Source: Gemmatimonadota bacterium
GTDB lineage: Bacteria > Gemmatimonadota > Gemmatimonadetes > Gemmatimonadales > GWC2-71-9
Assembly: GCA_039591075.1 (NCBI GenBank)
Contig: JBDHEI010000004.1
Location: 120,302 to 184,301, forward strand
Direction of reading: 5' to 3'
Length of the DNA stretch: 64,000 bases
Position numbers and translations under genes: made by a program. The notes under the pieces were generated by a model. It was not told the origin of the DNA and ran no database searches. It was given only the letters and a program-made list of their open reading frames with translations. Below, piece by piece: positions 19,122 to 27,633 of this stretch. The number at the start of each line of letters is the position of its first letter. The stretch's first letter is position 1.

Positions 19122-19714
19122 TGTTGAGACATTGCACGATCAGTGAGCTTTTGGAGGTGCGTGATGGCGAGGGCACCGCCGCGGCACATGCCCATGTCGA
19201 GCAGTGTGAGGCGTGCGGTGCGGAGCTCGATCGTCTGCATCAGCGCGTTGCAGCACTCCGGGCGCTCCCGAGGCGTTCCTCACCGCGGGATCGGTGGCCG
19301 GCCGTGCGCGAGGCGTTCATGTCCGCGCGACGGCGCCGTCGGTGGAGCTACGCGAGTTGGGCCGGCTTGGCTGCCGCGGCAGGACTCGTCCTGTTTGTCG
19401 GTGTCAATACGCCGCCGCGGCCCGAGGTCACGGCGTCGGCGCCTGAAGAGATTGCGTCACTGGTACAGGAGTCGCAGCAGCTCGAGCAGGCGCTCCAGAG
19501 CTACAATCGACAGGGGCGAGTGGTCAACGGCGTCACGGCTGCGGCCATCGCCGAGCTCGAAGATCGCATCGCGGTGATCGATGTGGGTATCGACCGTGCC
19601 CAGGTCCAGGCAGCGCCGCACGAGGCCGTGGCGGATCTGTGGCGTCGCCGGGTCACGCTGATGGATCGCCTGGTCAACACACACGTTCAACCGGTGACGT
19701 ACGTGGGATACTGA
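19118..19714 (+). CDS. Anti-sigma factor (zf-HC2 type), single-pass membrane protein
   Basis: ATGA overlap with the sigma gene. H-x3-C-x2-C motif (HVEQCEAC). Central hydrophobic segment WAGLAAAAGLVLFVGV. Confidence 0.8.
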   Translation: MMLRHCTISELLEVRDGEGTAAAHAHVEQCEACGAELDRLHQRVAALRALPRRSSPRDRWPAVREAFMSARRRRRWSYASWAGLAAAAGLVLFVGVNTPPRPEVTASAPEEIASLVQESQQLEQALQSYNRQGRVVNGVTAAAIAELEDRIAVIDVGIDRAQVQAAPHEAVADLWRRRVTLMDRLVNTHVQPVTYVGY

Positions 19715-19829
19715 CTGACTGCCGTGCGCGCCCATCGAGCCCGCCGCGTGCGACGATCGCCATGGGTTGCGAATCAGTCCTGATAGGACGAGGGTGCGGA
19801 CGGCTGACAGTGTAACGAGGAGTCGAAGT

Positions 19830-20924
19830 ATGAAAGCCCGTCGAATGATCTACCTGCTCCTTCTCGCCGGAATCGCGGTTCCAACCGCGGCGTTGGCGCA
19901 GGAGGGCGAGAAGAAGAACGCTCAAGAGATGGCGGAGGCGCAGCAGAGGGTTCGCCAAGCGCAGCGCCGACTGGAGCACGCCATGCAAGAGCTCCAGGCC
20001 GCCCAAGGCGACGCGGCCAACCGCGCGTTGCGCGAGGCAATCGAGGAGCTCCGCTCGGCTCAGCGGCAGTTGCAGACCGGAGAGCTCCAGCGCCTAGCGG
20101 AGCGCTTCCAGGTGGAGCGTGACTGGCCCGGCGCCGTGAGCGTGTTCGTCTCAGAGAGCCGCCCCAAGATGGGAGTGCTGCTGGAGGAGTCGACATACCG
20201 CTCCGGGCAGGACTCCCTCGGGGTGCGCTTGAGTGGCGTGACGCCCGGCGGACCAGCAGAGGAGGCGGGTCTCAAGGCCGGGGACGTGATTGTGAGCGCC
20301 AAGGGAACGGCGCTGGGACGCATGACACGACGCGACCCGTCGCCCAGTGCAAGGCTCCGCGACATCATTCGGGAACTCGATGAGGGCCAGACCCTTCGGG
20401 TGGAGTTTCTGCGAGACGGGGGGCGCAAATCCGCCGACGTGGTGCTCCGCGAGCTCGAGCCCGAGGCCTATTCGTTTTCGTTCATCAGCCCGGATTCGAA
20501 CGCTTTCAACTACCGCATTGCGATGCCGTTCCTCGAGGAGCTCGAAGGGCCGGAGCGGGTGCGTATCCGGTCGGGCTCCCCCATGGTCATGGGCGGATTG
20601 CTGCCCTTTGGCCTGTTCGACATGGAGCTGGTGAGCCTCAACGCGGAGCTCGGACGCTACTTCGGGACGAGTGAGGGGCTCCTGGTGGTTCGCGCACCGA
20701 GCGACGGACTCACTGGTTTGCAGAGCGGCGACGTCATCGTGAGCATTGACGGTCGCAAGCCGACCAACCCGTCACACGCGCTCCGAATCATCCGCTCCTA
20801 CAGTGCTGGCGAGAGCATGAAGATGGAAGTCATGCGTGACAAGCGCCGGCAAACGATCACCGTGACGATCCCGCAGCGTGAACGTGGGATGCTCTGGGAA
20901 CAGCGTGAGCCGATGGACGGTTGA
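19830..20924 (+). CDS. Secreted PDZ-domain protein
   Basis: ATG 19830 preceded by GAGGAG. Signal peptide MKARRMIYLLLLAGIAVPTAALAQ, a coiled-coil-like Gln/Ala-rich segment, then two PDZ-like blocks (GGPAEEAGLKAGDVIVS; LTGLQSGDVIVSIDG). Confidence 0.8.
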   Translation: MKARRMIYLLLLAGIAVPTAALAQEGEKKNAQEMAEAQQRVRQAQRRLEHAMQELQAAQGDAANRALREAIEELRSAQRQLQTGELQRLAERFQVERDWPGAVSVFVSESRPKMGVLLEESTYRSGQDSLGVRLSGVTPGGPAEEAGLKAGDVIVSAKGTALGRMTRRDPSPSARLRDIIRELDEGQTLRVEFLRDGGRKSADVVLRELEPEAYSFSFISPDSNAFNYRIAMPFLEELEGPERVRIRSGSPMVMGGLLPFGLFDMELVSLNAELGRYFGTSEGLLVVRAPSDGLTGLQSGDVIVSIDGRKPTNPSHALRIIRSYSAGESMKMEVMRDKRRQTITVTIPQRERGMLWEQREPMDG

Positions 20925-20929
20925 CCGGT

Positions 20930-20976
20930 TGAGCGGTTAGGCGGTTAGCGGGGACACCCAACCGCCTAACCGCTCA
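20930..20976. terminator. Bidirectional hairpin between convergent genes
   Basis: 17-bp perfect stem TGAGCGGTTAGGCGGTT / AACCGCCTAACCGCTCA with a 13-nt loop. Lies between the stops at 20924 (+) and 20993 (-). Confidence 0.7.
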
Positions 20977-20992
20977 GCCGCCTAACCGCCTG

Positions 20993-23737
20993 TTACCTCC
21001 CGCTCCCAAACAGCATCGCATTCGTCAGTAGCCGCGCCGGCCCTCTCCAGAAAGCTCGGTATAGCGGATCGTCGGCAAACAGCACCACATGACCTCGTCC
21101 GTGACGTTCGGTAGCCGCCCACACGGTCTTGTTCAGGAGTCGCTCCGTATTCTCGGGCCAGCTGAACCCGGCGAGCAGCAGGGAATCCCCAACGAAGACC
21201 ACCGGGTTGTCACCGCGCTCCGACGGAGCAAGCATCGTGCTGCCGCGGAGCAGCACCGGAAGGGTCTTCTGCTGATACCCCATGGTGAGCCAGTGCGAGA
21301 GATCGAGCGTGGCGCGGAAGATCGACCCGGGCACGTATTCGGGGCGATCCGGGTCTGCACTGGGGGAGGCAAGCGGTGGCTCGAGCCCGGCTCCACTGGG
21401 GAGGCTGTCGCCCTTCTCCTTCTCCTTCTTTTCTTCGTCCTCTTCGGACCCAAGCGCCTTGACGCTGCTCAGGCCGACGTCCTCGTGGCTCGCGAACAAG
21501 GCCGCATCATCATAGACGATGAGGACGCCGCCGTCGCTGACCCACTGCTTCAGGCGCGCGATCCCGGCGGGCCCCAGCTCTCGGCGGATCGTCCCGGCAC
21601 TGCCGCTCGGCACGACGAACACGTTGTAGTCGGATAGCGTGTGCATGCGCCCAACGGATCCGAGCGCCACCGGTGCGAAAGGATATCGCAACTCCCGCTC
21701 CAGGAAATGCCACAGGGCACCGTAACTCGTGATGGAGATGCCGTCGCCTGCGGCCACGGCGACGCGCGGTGCGAAGACGGGATCCACGCTCTGTGATCCC
21801 ACCCCCACCTGGCCGGAGTCGGGGAAGGCAGACTGTGCGGCGGTGACGGGCACACCGATCTCGACGGCGAGCGCCATAATACGTTCGTGCACGCTGTCGG
21901 GGTTCCGCGTAACGCGCACCACGAACGTCCCCCGAGGATAGCTCGCGTGATCGGCGCGGAGCGGCTCCGTGCTGACGTTCACCACGAAGCCCTCTCGAAG
22001 GAGCGCCATGGCGAGTTCGGCCGCGGCCTGACGGTCATTGGGAAAGACATAGGCCGATCTCGCTCGCCCGGTCACCGCACCAGGCGGGGCGAGCACACGC
22101 ACCGGGTCACCGGAACCCGGGAGCACGAGCGCGGTGGCGGCGATCGTCTGTAGATCCTCGGTCCAGTGCGCGTCCAGTCCGAGCGTGAGCGGCAGAGACC
22201 ACGCGGTCAGGTCGTAGAACTCGTATCGCTCGCTCGTCGCGCCGGGGCCGCGGCGCCGATTCCGCTCGAACTTCGCAACCTGACGCTCGTAGAACTCGCG
22301 GTCGAGCTCGGCGGCTGGCTCGAGCAGGGCCCTGGCGACGCGCCCCTTCGGTTGATCCAGATCGATGACCAGCGTTCCGGTGGGAAACGTGCGTCGCACT
22401 CCATGGGCACCCGGCCCGTCCCCGTAGGCGTGCGCTGCGGACGCCGCGTAGGGAGTGGTCAGGCGGCGGACCTCGATGCCGTGGTGCAAGAGCAAGGCGG
22501 CAAGGCGGGCCAGGTTGGTGGGATCGGTGTCCGGCATGACGGCGATCCGCTTCATGCGCGCTGCACGCGCCTCTTCGATTGCGGTGCGATGAAAGTCGTA
22601 GTAGTCGTGTAGGCGAGCCTGTCGGTTCGCTGCCGCCGTCTCGACCGTGGTCAAGGCCGCCACGTAGTGGTGCGCAATGCCTTCTCGAAAGGTGATGACC
22701 GTGCCGTCGTCGCGGCGGCGCCTGAGTGCTTTCCCGCCGTCGGTCTCATAGGTCATGCCGGTCGCGCCATGCAGCGACGGGCCAGCGTCGAAATAGCCGG
22801 CGTAGAACAGGTCGAACACGTCGCGGGTGTAGTACTGCCAGCCGTATCGGTCAAAGGCCGCGGCATTGCCCTGCCCGAACGTCTCGAGCCAGCGAACCGT
22901 CTGCGCCGGCAGGTTCCGGTTCACGGGCGCCGCGGGTGGCGGAAAGAAGTACTGCTCGGTCGTGCTGTGGAGGTCGACGAAGACCTGAGGGTGCCACCGC
23001 GTGATGGCACCCAACATGGCCCGCGTGGGTGCCTGTGCCAACGCGATCAGGTCGCGGTTCATGTCGAACCGGTAGTGGCCGTACCGTCCCCAGATGCCCC
23101 AGGGTTCGTTCCACTCGTACGCGAACGGCTCGTCCGTCCCGACGCCAAGAGAGTTGTACCACACCGCGAAGCGCTCGTGGCCATCGGGATTGGCCGACGG
23201 ATTCAAGATGACGAGCGTATTCCGCAGCATCTCGATGGTGGCCGGTTCCTCCGAGGCCAGGAGGTGGTGGGCGACCCACATCGCGGCTTCGAATCCACCC
23301 GGCTCGTTGCCGTGAATGGAAAACGACAGCATGACGGCAGCCGGTGTGCGGGCCGCGATCGTGGCCGCCTGCTCGGGGTTGGTCGAGCGTGGGTCGGCGA
23401 GCCGGGCGAGATCCGTTCGGATCTCGTCCAACCGGGTGAGGTTCTCCGGGGCTGAGATGAGCAGGACCCGCATCGGTCGCCGTTCCTCAGTGATGCCGAT
23501 CAGTTCGGCGCGTGCGCGGTCCGGGGCGGCTGCCATCAGGGCGTCGAGCACGGCCTGCTGCTCGGAGTACTGGGTATGCCGTGCGCCGGCGGCGTAGCCC
23601 AGCAGGGAGTCTGGCCGTGGCACCGTGGCCCGGTAGGGTCCACGGTCATAGAAATCGAACGTCTCTTGAGCGCGCCCCGATGGCGCAGCCGCGAGGCTAC
23701 CCACCGTGGCGAGGACGAGCGCGAGACGGAGCGTCAT
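20993..23737 (-). CDS. Secreted M14-family zinc carboxypeptidase, large multi-domain form
   Basis: 914 aa. Signal peptide MTLRLALVLATVGSLAAAPSGRAQ. Zn-binding HxxE context FSIHGNEPGG. Confidence 0.85.
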   Translation of the reverse strand: MTLRLALVLATVGSLAAAPSGRAQETFDFYDRGPYRATVPRPDSLLGYAAGARHTQYSEQQAVLDALMAAAPDRARAELIGITEERRPMRVLLISAPENLTRLDEIRTDLARLADPRSTNPEQAATIAARTPAAVMLSFSIHGNEPGGFEAAMWVAHHLLASEEPATIEMLRNTLVILNPSANPDGHERFAVWYNSLGVGTDEPFAYEWNEPWGIWGRYGHYRFDMNRDLIALAQAPTRAMLGAITRWHPQVFVDLHSTTEQYFFPPPAAPVNRNLPAQTVRWLETFGQGNAAAFDRYGWQYYTRDVFDLFYAGYFDAGPSLHGATGMTYETDGGKALRRRRDDGTVITFREGIAHHYVAALTTVETAAANRQARLHDYYDFHRTAIEEARAARMKRIAVMPDTDPTNLARLAALLLHHGIEVRRLTTPYAASAAHAYGDGPGAHGVRRTFPTGTLVIDLDQPKGRVARALLEPAAELDREFYERQVAKFERNRRRGPGATSERYEFYDLTAWSLPLTLGLDAHWTEDLQTIAATALVLPGSGDPVRVLAPPGAVTGRARSAYVFPNDRQAAAELAMALLREGFVVNVSTEPLRADHASYPRGTFVVRVTRNPDSVHERIMALAVEIGVPVTAAQSAFPDSGQVGVGSQSVDPVFAPRVAVAAGDGISITSYGALWHFLERELRYPFAPVALGSVGRMHTLSDYNVFVVPSGSAGTIRRELGPAGIARLKQWVSDGGVLIVYDDAALFASHEDVGLSSVKALGSEEDEEKKEKEKGDSLPSGAGLEPPLASPSADPDRPEYVPGSIFRATLDLSHWLTMGYQQKTLPVLLRGSTMLAPSERGDNPVVFVGDSLLLAGFSWPENTERLLNKTVWAATERHGRGHVVLFADDPLYRAFWRGPARLLTNAMLFGSGR

Positions 23738-23873
23738 GGTCCTACCTTTGGGAGAGGAATACGGCGCCCAAACCTATGCCGCGCGCGAGACCGGCGCGAG
23801 GGCCGGAGGTGACGCGCGGGTCGGCGGTGATGTGCAGAGATGCCGACCCCCCGATGACGCGTAGTCCCCGCTC

Positions 23874-23902
23874 TTGACAATTAAGATATATCGCAAGATA
23901 TT
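23874..23902 (+). promoter_or_regulatory. Sigma-70-like promoter candidate for the PadR gene
   Basis: TTGACA (23874-23879), 17-nt spacer, GATATT (23897-23902), inside a locally AT-rich island about 50 nt upstream of ATG 23955. Confidence 0.5.
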
Positions 23903-23929
23903 ACGTACGTAACATCTGGACGATATATC
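23885..23929. promoter_or_regulatory. Cluster of three perfect palindromes (candidate operator sites)
   Basis: GATATATC (23885-23892), TTACGTACGTAA (23901-23912), GATATATC (23922-23929). Also ATATCGCA repeated at about 23887 and 23934. Confidence 0.5.
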
Positions 23930-23954
23930 TAAACATATCGCAGCGAGGTGCGTT

Positions 23955-24497
23955 ATGCGTGGCGGCGGAGGAATGTTCGGATTTGGCCCCGATTTCTGGT
24001 GGGGTCGCGGTGGGCAGAAGGGCAGTCGGCGCCGGCGCGTCTGGTTCGAGTCCGGCGACATGAAGTACGTGATCCTCAAGCTGCTCAAGGATCGGCCGAT
24101 GCACGGCTACGAGGTCATGAAAGAGCTGGAGCAACACACCCAAGGGTGTTACAAGCCGTCGCCCGGTACGGTGTACCCCACACTGCAGTGGCTCGAGGAC
24201 GAGGGACTCGTCAGGTGCGAAGAGCAGGAGGGGAAGAAGGTCTATTCGATCACCGAGGAGGGGCTCAAGTTCCTCGACGAAAACAAGTCGACCGTCGAGG
24301 ACATCTTCGACCGCATCGAAGAGACGCTCGACGGGCTGTTTTCCGATCCCATGCCTGAAGTGACCAGGTTCATGGGGCGACTGGCGACCCAGTCATACCG
24401 GGCGGCGTGGAAGCTCCGTGAAGATGAGGCAAAGCGCGGGAAGATCCGGGAGATCCTGGAGCGCGCCGCGAAAGAAATGGAGGACCTCGTCGGGTAG
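23955..24497 (+). CDS. PadR family transcriptional regulator
   Basis: Winged-helix block VILKLLKDRPMHGYEVMKELEQHTQGCYKPSPGTVYPTLQWLEDEGLV. RBS-like GAGGTG upstream. Confidence 0.9.
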   Translation: MRGGGGMFGFGPDFWWGRGGQKGSRRRRVWFESGDMKYVILKLLKDRPMHGYEVMKELEQHTQGCYKPSPGTVYPTLQWLEDEGLVRCEEQEGKKVYSITEEGLKFLDENKSTVEDIFDRIEETLDGLFSDPMPEVTRFMGRLATQSYRAAWKLREDEAKRGKIREILERAAKEMEDLVG

Positions 24498-24523
24498 GTC
24501 GAGGCAACCGCAGGGGGAAGCCA

Positions 24524-24555
24524 GGGGCCGGCCTCATCAGTGTGAGGCTGGCCCC
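24524..24555. terminator. Bidirectional hairpin between the PadR gene and the convergent small RHH gene
   Basis: 13-bp stem GGGGCCGGCCTCA / TGAGGCTGGCCCC (one G-U pair), 6-nt loop. Confidence 0.6.
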
Positions 24556-24566
24556 CGGCGCGTTGC

Positions 24567-24731
24567 TCAGGGCTTCTCCGTGTCTCGGGCTCGACCGGCC
24601 TCGTGCAACGAGCGTCGCAGCAGGAACTCGATCTGCCCGTTGACGCTTCGCAACTCGTCCTTGGCCCAGCGTTCCAGAGCGTCGTAGGTCTTCGGATCGA
24701 GCCGCAACAGAAACGCCTTTCGCTTCGGCAC
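24567..24731 (-). CDS. Arc/MetJ-type ribbon-helix-helix DNA-binding protein (54 aa; absent from the ORF track because it is under 60 aa)
   Basis: Hand translation from GTG 24731: [54 protein letters not shown]. 44 of 54 codons end in G/C. It starts 7 nt after the SPFH stop. The beta-strand (FLLRL) plus two-helix pattern is typical of Arc-like proteins. Confidence 0.7.
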   Translation of the reverse strand: MPKRKAFLLRLDPKTYDALERWAKDELRSVNGQIEFLLRRSLHEAGRARDTEKP

Positions 24732-24738
24732 GGGATTC

Positions 24739-25608
24739 CTACTGGTACAACGATCCCGTGTTCACGACCGGCTGCGTGCCTCGGTCGGAGCAGAGCACGA
24801 CCAGCAAGTTGCTCACCATCGATGCCCTGCGCTCCTCGTCGAGATCGATGATCGACTTGTCGGCCAACTGCTCGAGGGCCATCTCCACCATCCCGACGGC
24901 GCCGTCCACTATCTTCCGCCGCGCGGCAATGATGGCGCTCGCCTGCTGGCGCTGAAGCATGGCATGCGCAATCTCGGGGGCGTAGGCGAGATGACTGATC
25001 CGTGCTTCGATGACCTCGACCCCAGCCTTCTGCAGCCGTTCCTGGATCTCCACCTGTAGTTGCTCGGCGATCTGCGCGGTATGGCTGGTGAGGGCCGTTT
25101 CCTCGGTTTCGTGGGCGTCGTACGGATACCGGGTCGCCAGTCCGCGAAGCGCCGATTCACTCTGCACGTGCACGTACTCTTCGTAATCGTCGACTTCGAA
25201 GAGCGCCTCCGCGGAGTCGATCACCCGCCACACGACCACCGCAGCAATCTCGATCGGGTTGCTGTTGCAGTCGTTCACCTTGAGCTTGCCGGTCTCGAAG
25301 TTGCGCACGCGAAGGGAGATCTTGCGCTTCGTGTAGAACGGGTTGGCGTATCGCAGTCCCGGCGTCTTCACACTTCCCACATAGTCGCCGAAGAGCTGCA
25401 GCACACGGGCCTCGTTGGGGTTCACGATGAAGAGCCCCGCAAACAGGAACATGACCACGGTGAACACCACGACTGCGGCCACGATCTGCCCCGGACTCTC
25501 CGCAAGTACGGCCGTGTAGAACCAGTACCCAACGACCGCCGTCGCAACCAGCAGTCCTGTCAGGGCGATGTATCCCGATGCGACCTGCCGCTGGTTCTCG
25601 CGAATCAT
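24739..25608 (-). CDS. SPFH/Band 7 (stomatin/prohibitin-like) membrane protein
   Basis: 289-291 aa with an N-terminal TM segment followed by an SPFH-like core. I prefer ATG 25608 (GGAGG 5 nt upstream) over GTG 25614. Confidence 0.88.
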   Translation of the reverse strand: MIRENQRQVASGYIALTGLLVATAVVGYWFYTAVLAESPGQIVAAVVVFTVVMFLFAGLFIVNPNEARVLQLFGDYVGSVKTPGLRYANPFYTKRKISLRVRNFETGKLKVNDCNSNPIEIAAVVVWRVIDSAEALFEVDDYEEYVHVQSESALRGLATRYPYDAHETEETALTSHTAQIAEQLQVEIQERLQKAGVEVIEARISHLAYAPEIAHAMLQRQQASAIIAARRKIVDGAVGMVEMALEQLADKSIIDLDEERRASMVSNLLVVLCSDRGTQPVVNTGSLYQ

Positions 25609-25626
25609 TGCCACCTCCGAAAGAGT

Positions 25627-25652
25627 CTATCAATATGATATCACATAGATAG
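25627..25652. promoter_or_regulatory. AT-rich imperfect palindrome upstream of the SPFH-RHH operon (candidate operator)
   Basis: CTATCAATATGATATCACATAGATAG. 11 of 13 dyad pairs match, centred on GATATC. Lies about 19-44 nt upstream of ATG 25608. Confidence 0.45.
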
Positions 25653-25716
25653 CCTGGTGTCAAGGTGGTCCCACCACGCGCTCTTCCGGTGCCTGCCGTG
25701 GCCCCTTAAACGGGCA

Positions 25717-25748
25717 CGTCCCCGTCGACCCGAAGGCCGACGGGGACG
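25717..25748 (-). terminator. Hairpin downstream of the beta-barrel gene
   Basis: 11-bp perfect stem CGTCCCCGTCG / CGACGGGGACG, 10-nt loop, 33 nt past the stop at 25781. Confidence 0.6.
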
Positions 25749-25780
25749 CCGCCGCCGAACCCGACGACAGTGGCGATTCC

Positions 25781-26494
25781 TTAGAGACCGATCGCGATCC
25801 CCGCCCGGAACGTGACGATGTTGGTTTCGCTGCGTATCGGGTACAGCGTCAGCGAGCCATCGGGATTCTCAACGATTCCTCCGCGCCGCAGGTACTCCGT
25901 CTCTCCGTGATAGGTGGACTGTACCGAGAGATCGAGCGACACGGGATGGCGCCCTCGTGTGAGACGGAACAGCATGCCGCCGCCTCCGGTGAGCGCCGCG
26001 GTGACGTCGTCGAAGTTGGTGCTCTGCGCAAATGCATCGTAGTTGTCGGCACCCTTGACCGACGACACGGTGGTGAAGTAGGCCAAGCCGGCCGTGCCAA
26101 ACACATAGGGCCGAATCGGTCCGTTTCCGAACGTGAGCTGCGGGCCGAGTCCAAAGCTCAGAATCATGTTGTCGGTGTTCACGTCGACCCACACTCGAGG
26201 TACCCACGGGCTCAACGGCGTCGCGTAGCGCTCGTGGCCGTAGATGACGAACGATCCGTCGAATCGAAGACCAACGAGCCCGTTCGGCGAGAGGTTGATG
26301 ACACCGTACATGCCGAGCCCACCTCCCCAGTCCACGAACTGCTGGAACTCTCCGACCGGTCGGACGACGGTGCCGTTGATACCCAGCGTGTGACGGGGAG
26401 GGAGCACGCGCAGGTGCTGTGCGGCGGTCGCGCCAGGTAGCCCGGCGAACCCAATGGCCAACGCCAAACCCATGATCAGACGACTGCGAGACAT
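25781..26494 (-). CDS. Small outer-membrane beta-barrel protein (OmpW/porin-like fold), function unknown
   Basis: ATG 26494. Signal peptide MSRSRLIMGLALAIGFAGLPGATAAQ. Alternating hydrophobic pattern. C-terminus ...AGIAIGL. Confidence 0.75.
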   Translation of the reverse strand: MSRSRLIMGLALAIGFAGLPGATAAQHLRVLPPRHTLGINGTVVRPVGEFQQFVDWGGGLGMYGVINLSPNGLVGLRFDGSFVIYGHERYATPLSPWVPRVWVDVNTDNMILSFGLGPQLTFGNGPIRPYVFGTAGLAYFTTVSSVKGADNYDAFAQSTNFDDVTAALTGGGGMLFRLTRGRHPVSLDLSVQSTYHGETEYLRRGGIVENPDGSLTLYPIRSETNIVTFRAGIAIGL

Positions 26495-26619
26495 GACACC
26501 CTCCAGTGAGTCCCCAGCGAACATGGAGGCAAAGGGTGTGCCCGACTCGGATAGTGAGCTAAGCTGTTTGCAGTAATTGGGTTACGGGCAAGTACCCGGG
26601 TCCCCGTCTGCCCGTTGAT

Positions 26620-26635
26620 GTCCCCCTTCGGGGAC
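26620..26635 (-). terminator. Short hairpin after the DinB-family gene
   Basis: GTCCCC-CTTC-GGGGAC, 8 nt past the stop at 26644. No U-tract. Confidence 0.35.
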
Positions 26636-26643
26636 ACCGATCA

Positions 26644-27168
26644 TCAGGCCCGGAACACAGACATGTATGCCTTCCACGGCCCCACCGCCTCGGCATACTG
26701 CTTCGCCATCACGCGAACGATCTGTCCGATGTGACCCAAGTCGTGGGCGACCCAGGTGGCGAGCAGCTGACGCAGCGTTACGGCGCCAAGCTCGGGATGG
26801 CGGCCACGCCGCTCCAGATCGGTCGCGCTCAGTGTCCATGAGGCGAGCGTTTCGAGGTTCTCGACCCGCAGCCGATGAAACTCTTCGAGCAGGTGGTGCA
26901 ACGTCCGGTCCCTCGACTTCTCCATCTGCGCGAAGCGATCAAACGGTTCGAAGGGATGGTGCTCTCCCTCAGCCAGGATGATGCGCGCCCTCGGGATCCA
27001 GTCGGTTTCCTCGCCATGAATCAAGTGTCCGATGACGTCGTAGGGGCTCCAAGTATCGGGGCCTTCGGTGGCGCCGACCCACTCCGCGGGCAGGTCACGG
27101 AGTAGCGCATCGAGCACCGTCGGGGTGCGGCTAAGCACCGCCATCCCGGAACTCAGGTCGAACTGCAT
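26644..27168 (-). CDS. DinB-family (DinB_2-like) four-helix-bundle protein
   Basis: ATG 27168 preceded by GGAG. Contains WSPYDVIGHLIHGEE and ATWVAHDLGHIGQI, a His-rich metal-binding pattern. Confidence 0.8.
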   Translation of the reverse strand: MQFDLSSGMAVLSRTPTVLDALLRDLPAEWVGATEGPDTWSPYDVIGHLIHGEETDWIPRARIILAEGEHHPFEPFDRFAQMEKSRDRTLHHLLEEFHRLRVENLETLASWTLSATDLERRGRHPELGAVTLRQLLATWVAHDLGHIGQIVRVMAKQYAEAVGPWKAYMSVFRA

Positions 27169-27209
27169 AGAACAGGCTCCTTTCCACACCGGGCGCCGGG
27201 ACCGTCGTG

Positions 27210-27578
27210 TCAGTCGCCGAACTGCTCGAACCGGAAAACGCGATATCCAAGGAAGACGAGGATCGCTCCCGCCACGAGGAGCAGCGGTCCCTGTCCGTTC
27301 AAGCGCCACAAGGTCTCGAGCCTGCTCTCCGCGCGAGTCAGGTGATACCGCGCGCGCTCGAGTCCCCGCTCAGCGGCAGACAGCTCCATCGTGATGACGG
27401 CCGAATCGGGTGACGTCCCACCCTGCCCCACTTCGACCAGTGAATCGACTCGCCGTTCGAGGCCCGCCGCCCAGGCGCGGTTGGAGCGCAGGGAACTGCG
27501 CGAGACGAAGGTGAGCAAGAACGGGCTTGCCATCATGAAGAGGCCGATAAGAACGAGCCACCGGTGAAGTCGCGGCAT
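27210..27578 (-). CDS. Hypothetical two-TM membrane protein with a central coiled-coil-like segment
   Basis: ATG 27578 (MPRLHRWLVLIGLFMMASPFLLTF). Second TM is LLLVAGAILVFLGY. The longer ORF to 27671 would overlap the upstream decarboxylase gene. Confidence 0.55.
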   Translation of the reverse strand: MPRLHRWLVLIGLFMMASPFLLTFVSRSSLRSNRAWAAGLERRVDSLVEVGQGGTSPDSAVITMELSAAERGLERARYHLTRAESRLETLWRLNGQGPLLLVAGAILVFLGYRVFRFEQFGD

Positions 27579-27633
27579 GAACCCGGGACCCCGCGGTGTC
27601 ATGACCGCCGCCGAACGCGCTGTCCGCCGGTGC

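Noticed and set aside
20925-20992. Short tandem repeats that might be a minimal CRISPR-like or satellite array.
   Set aside because: Only 8-nt units with no spacers. The two halves are mutually complementary and form a terminator-type hairpin between convergent genes.
24567-25608. The RHH gene as the antitoxin of a toxin-antitoxin pair.
   Set aside because: The only partner is an SPFH membrane protein upstream. No PIN, RelE, ParE, HicA or similar small toxin ORF is adjacent.
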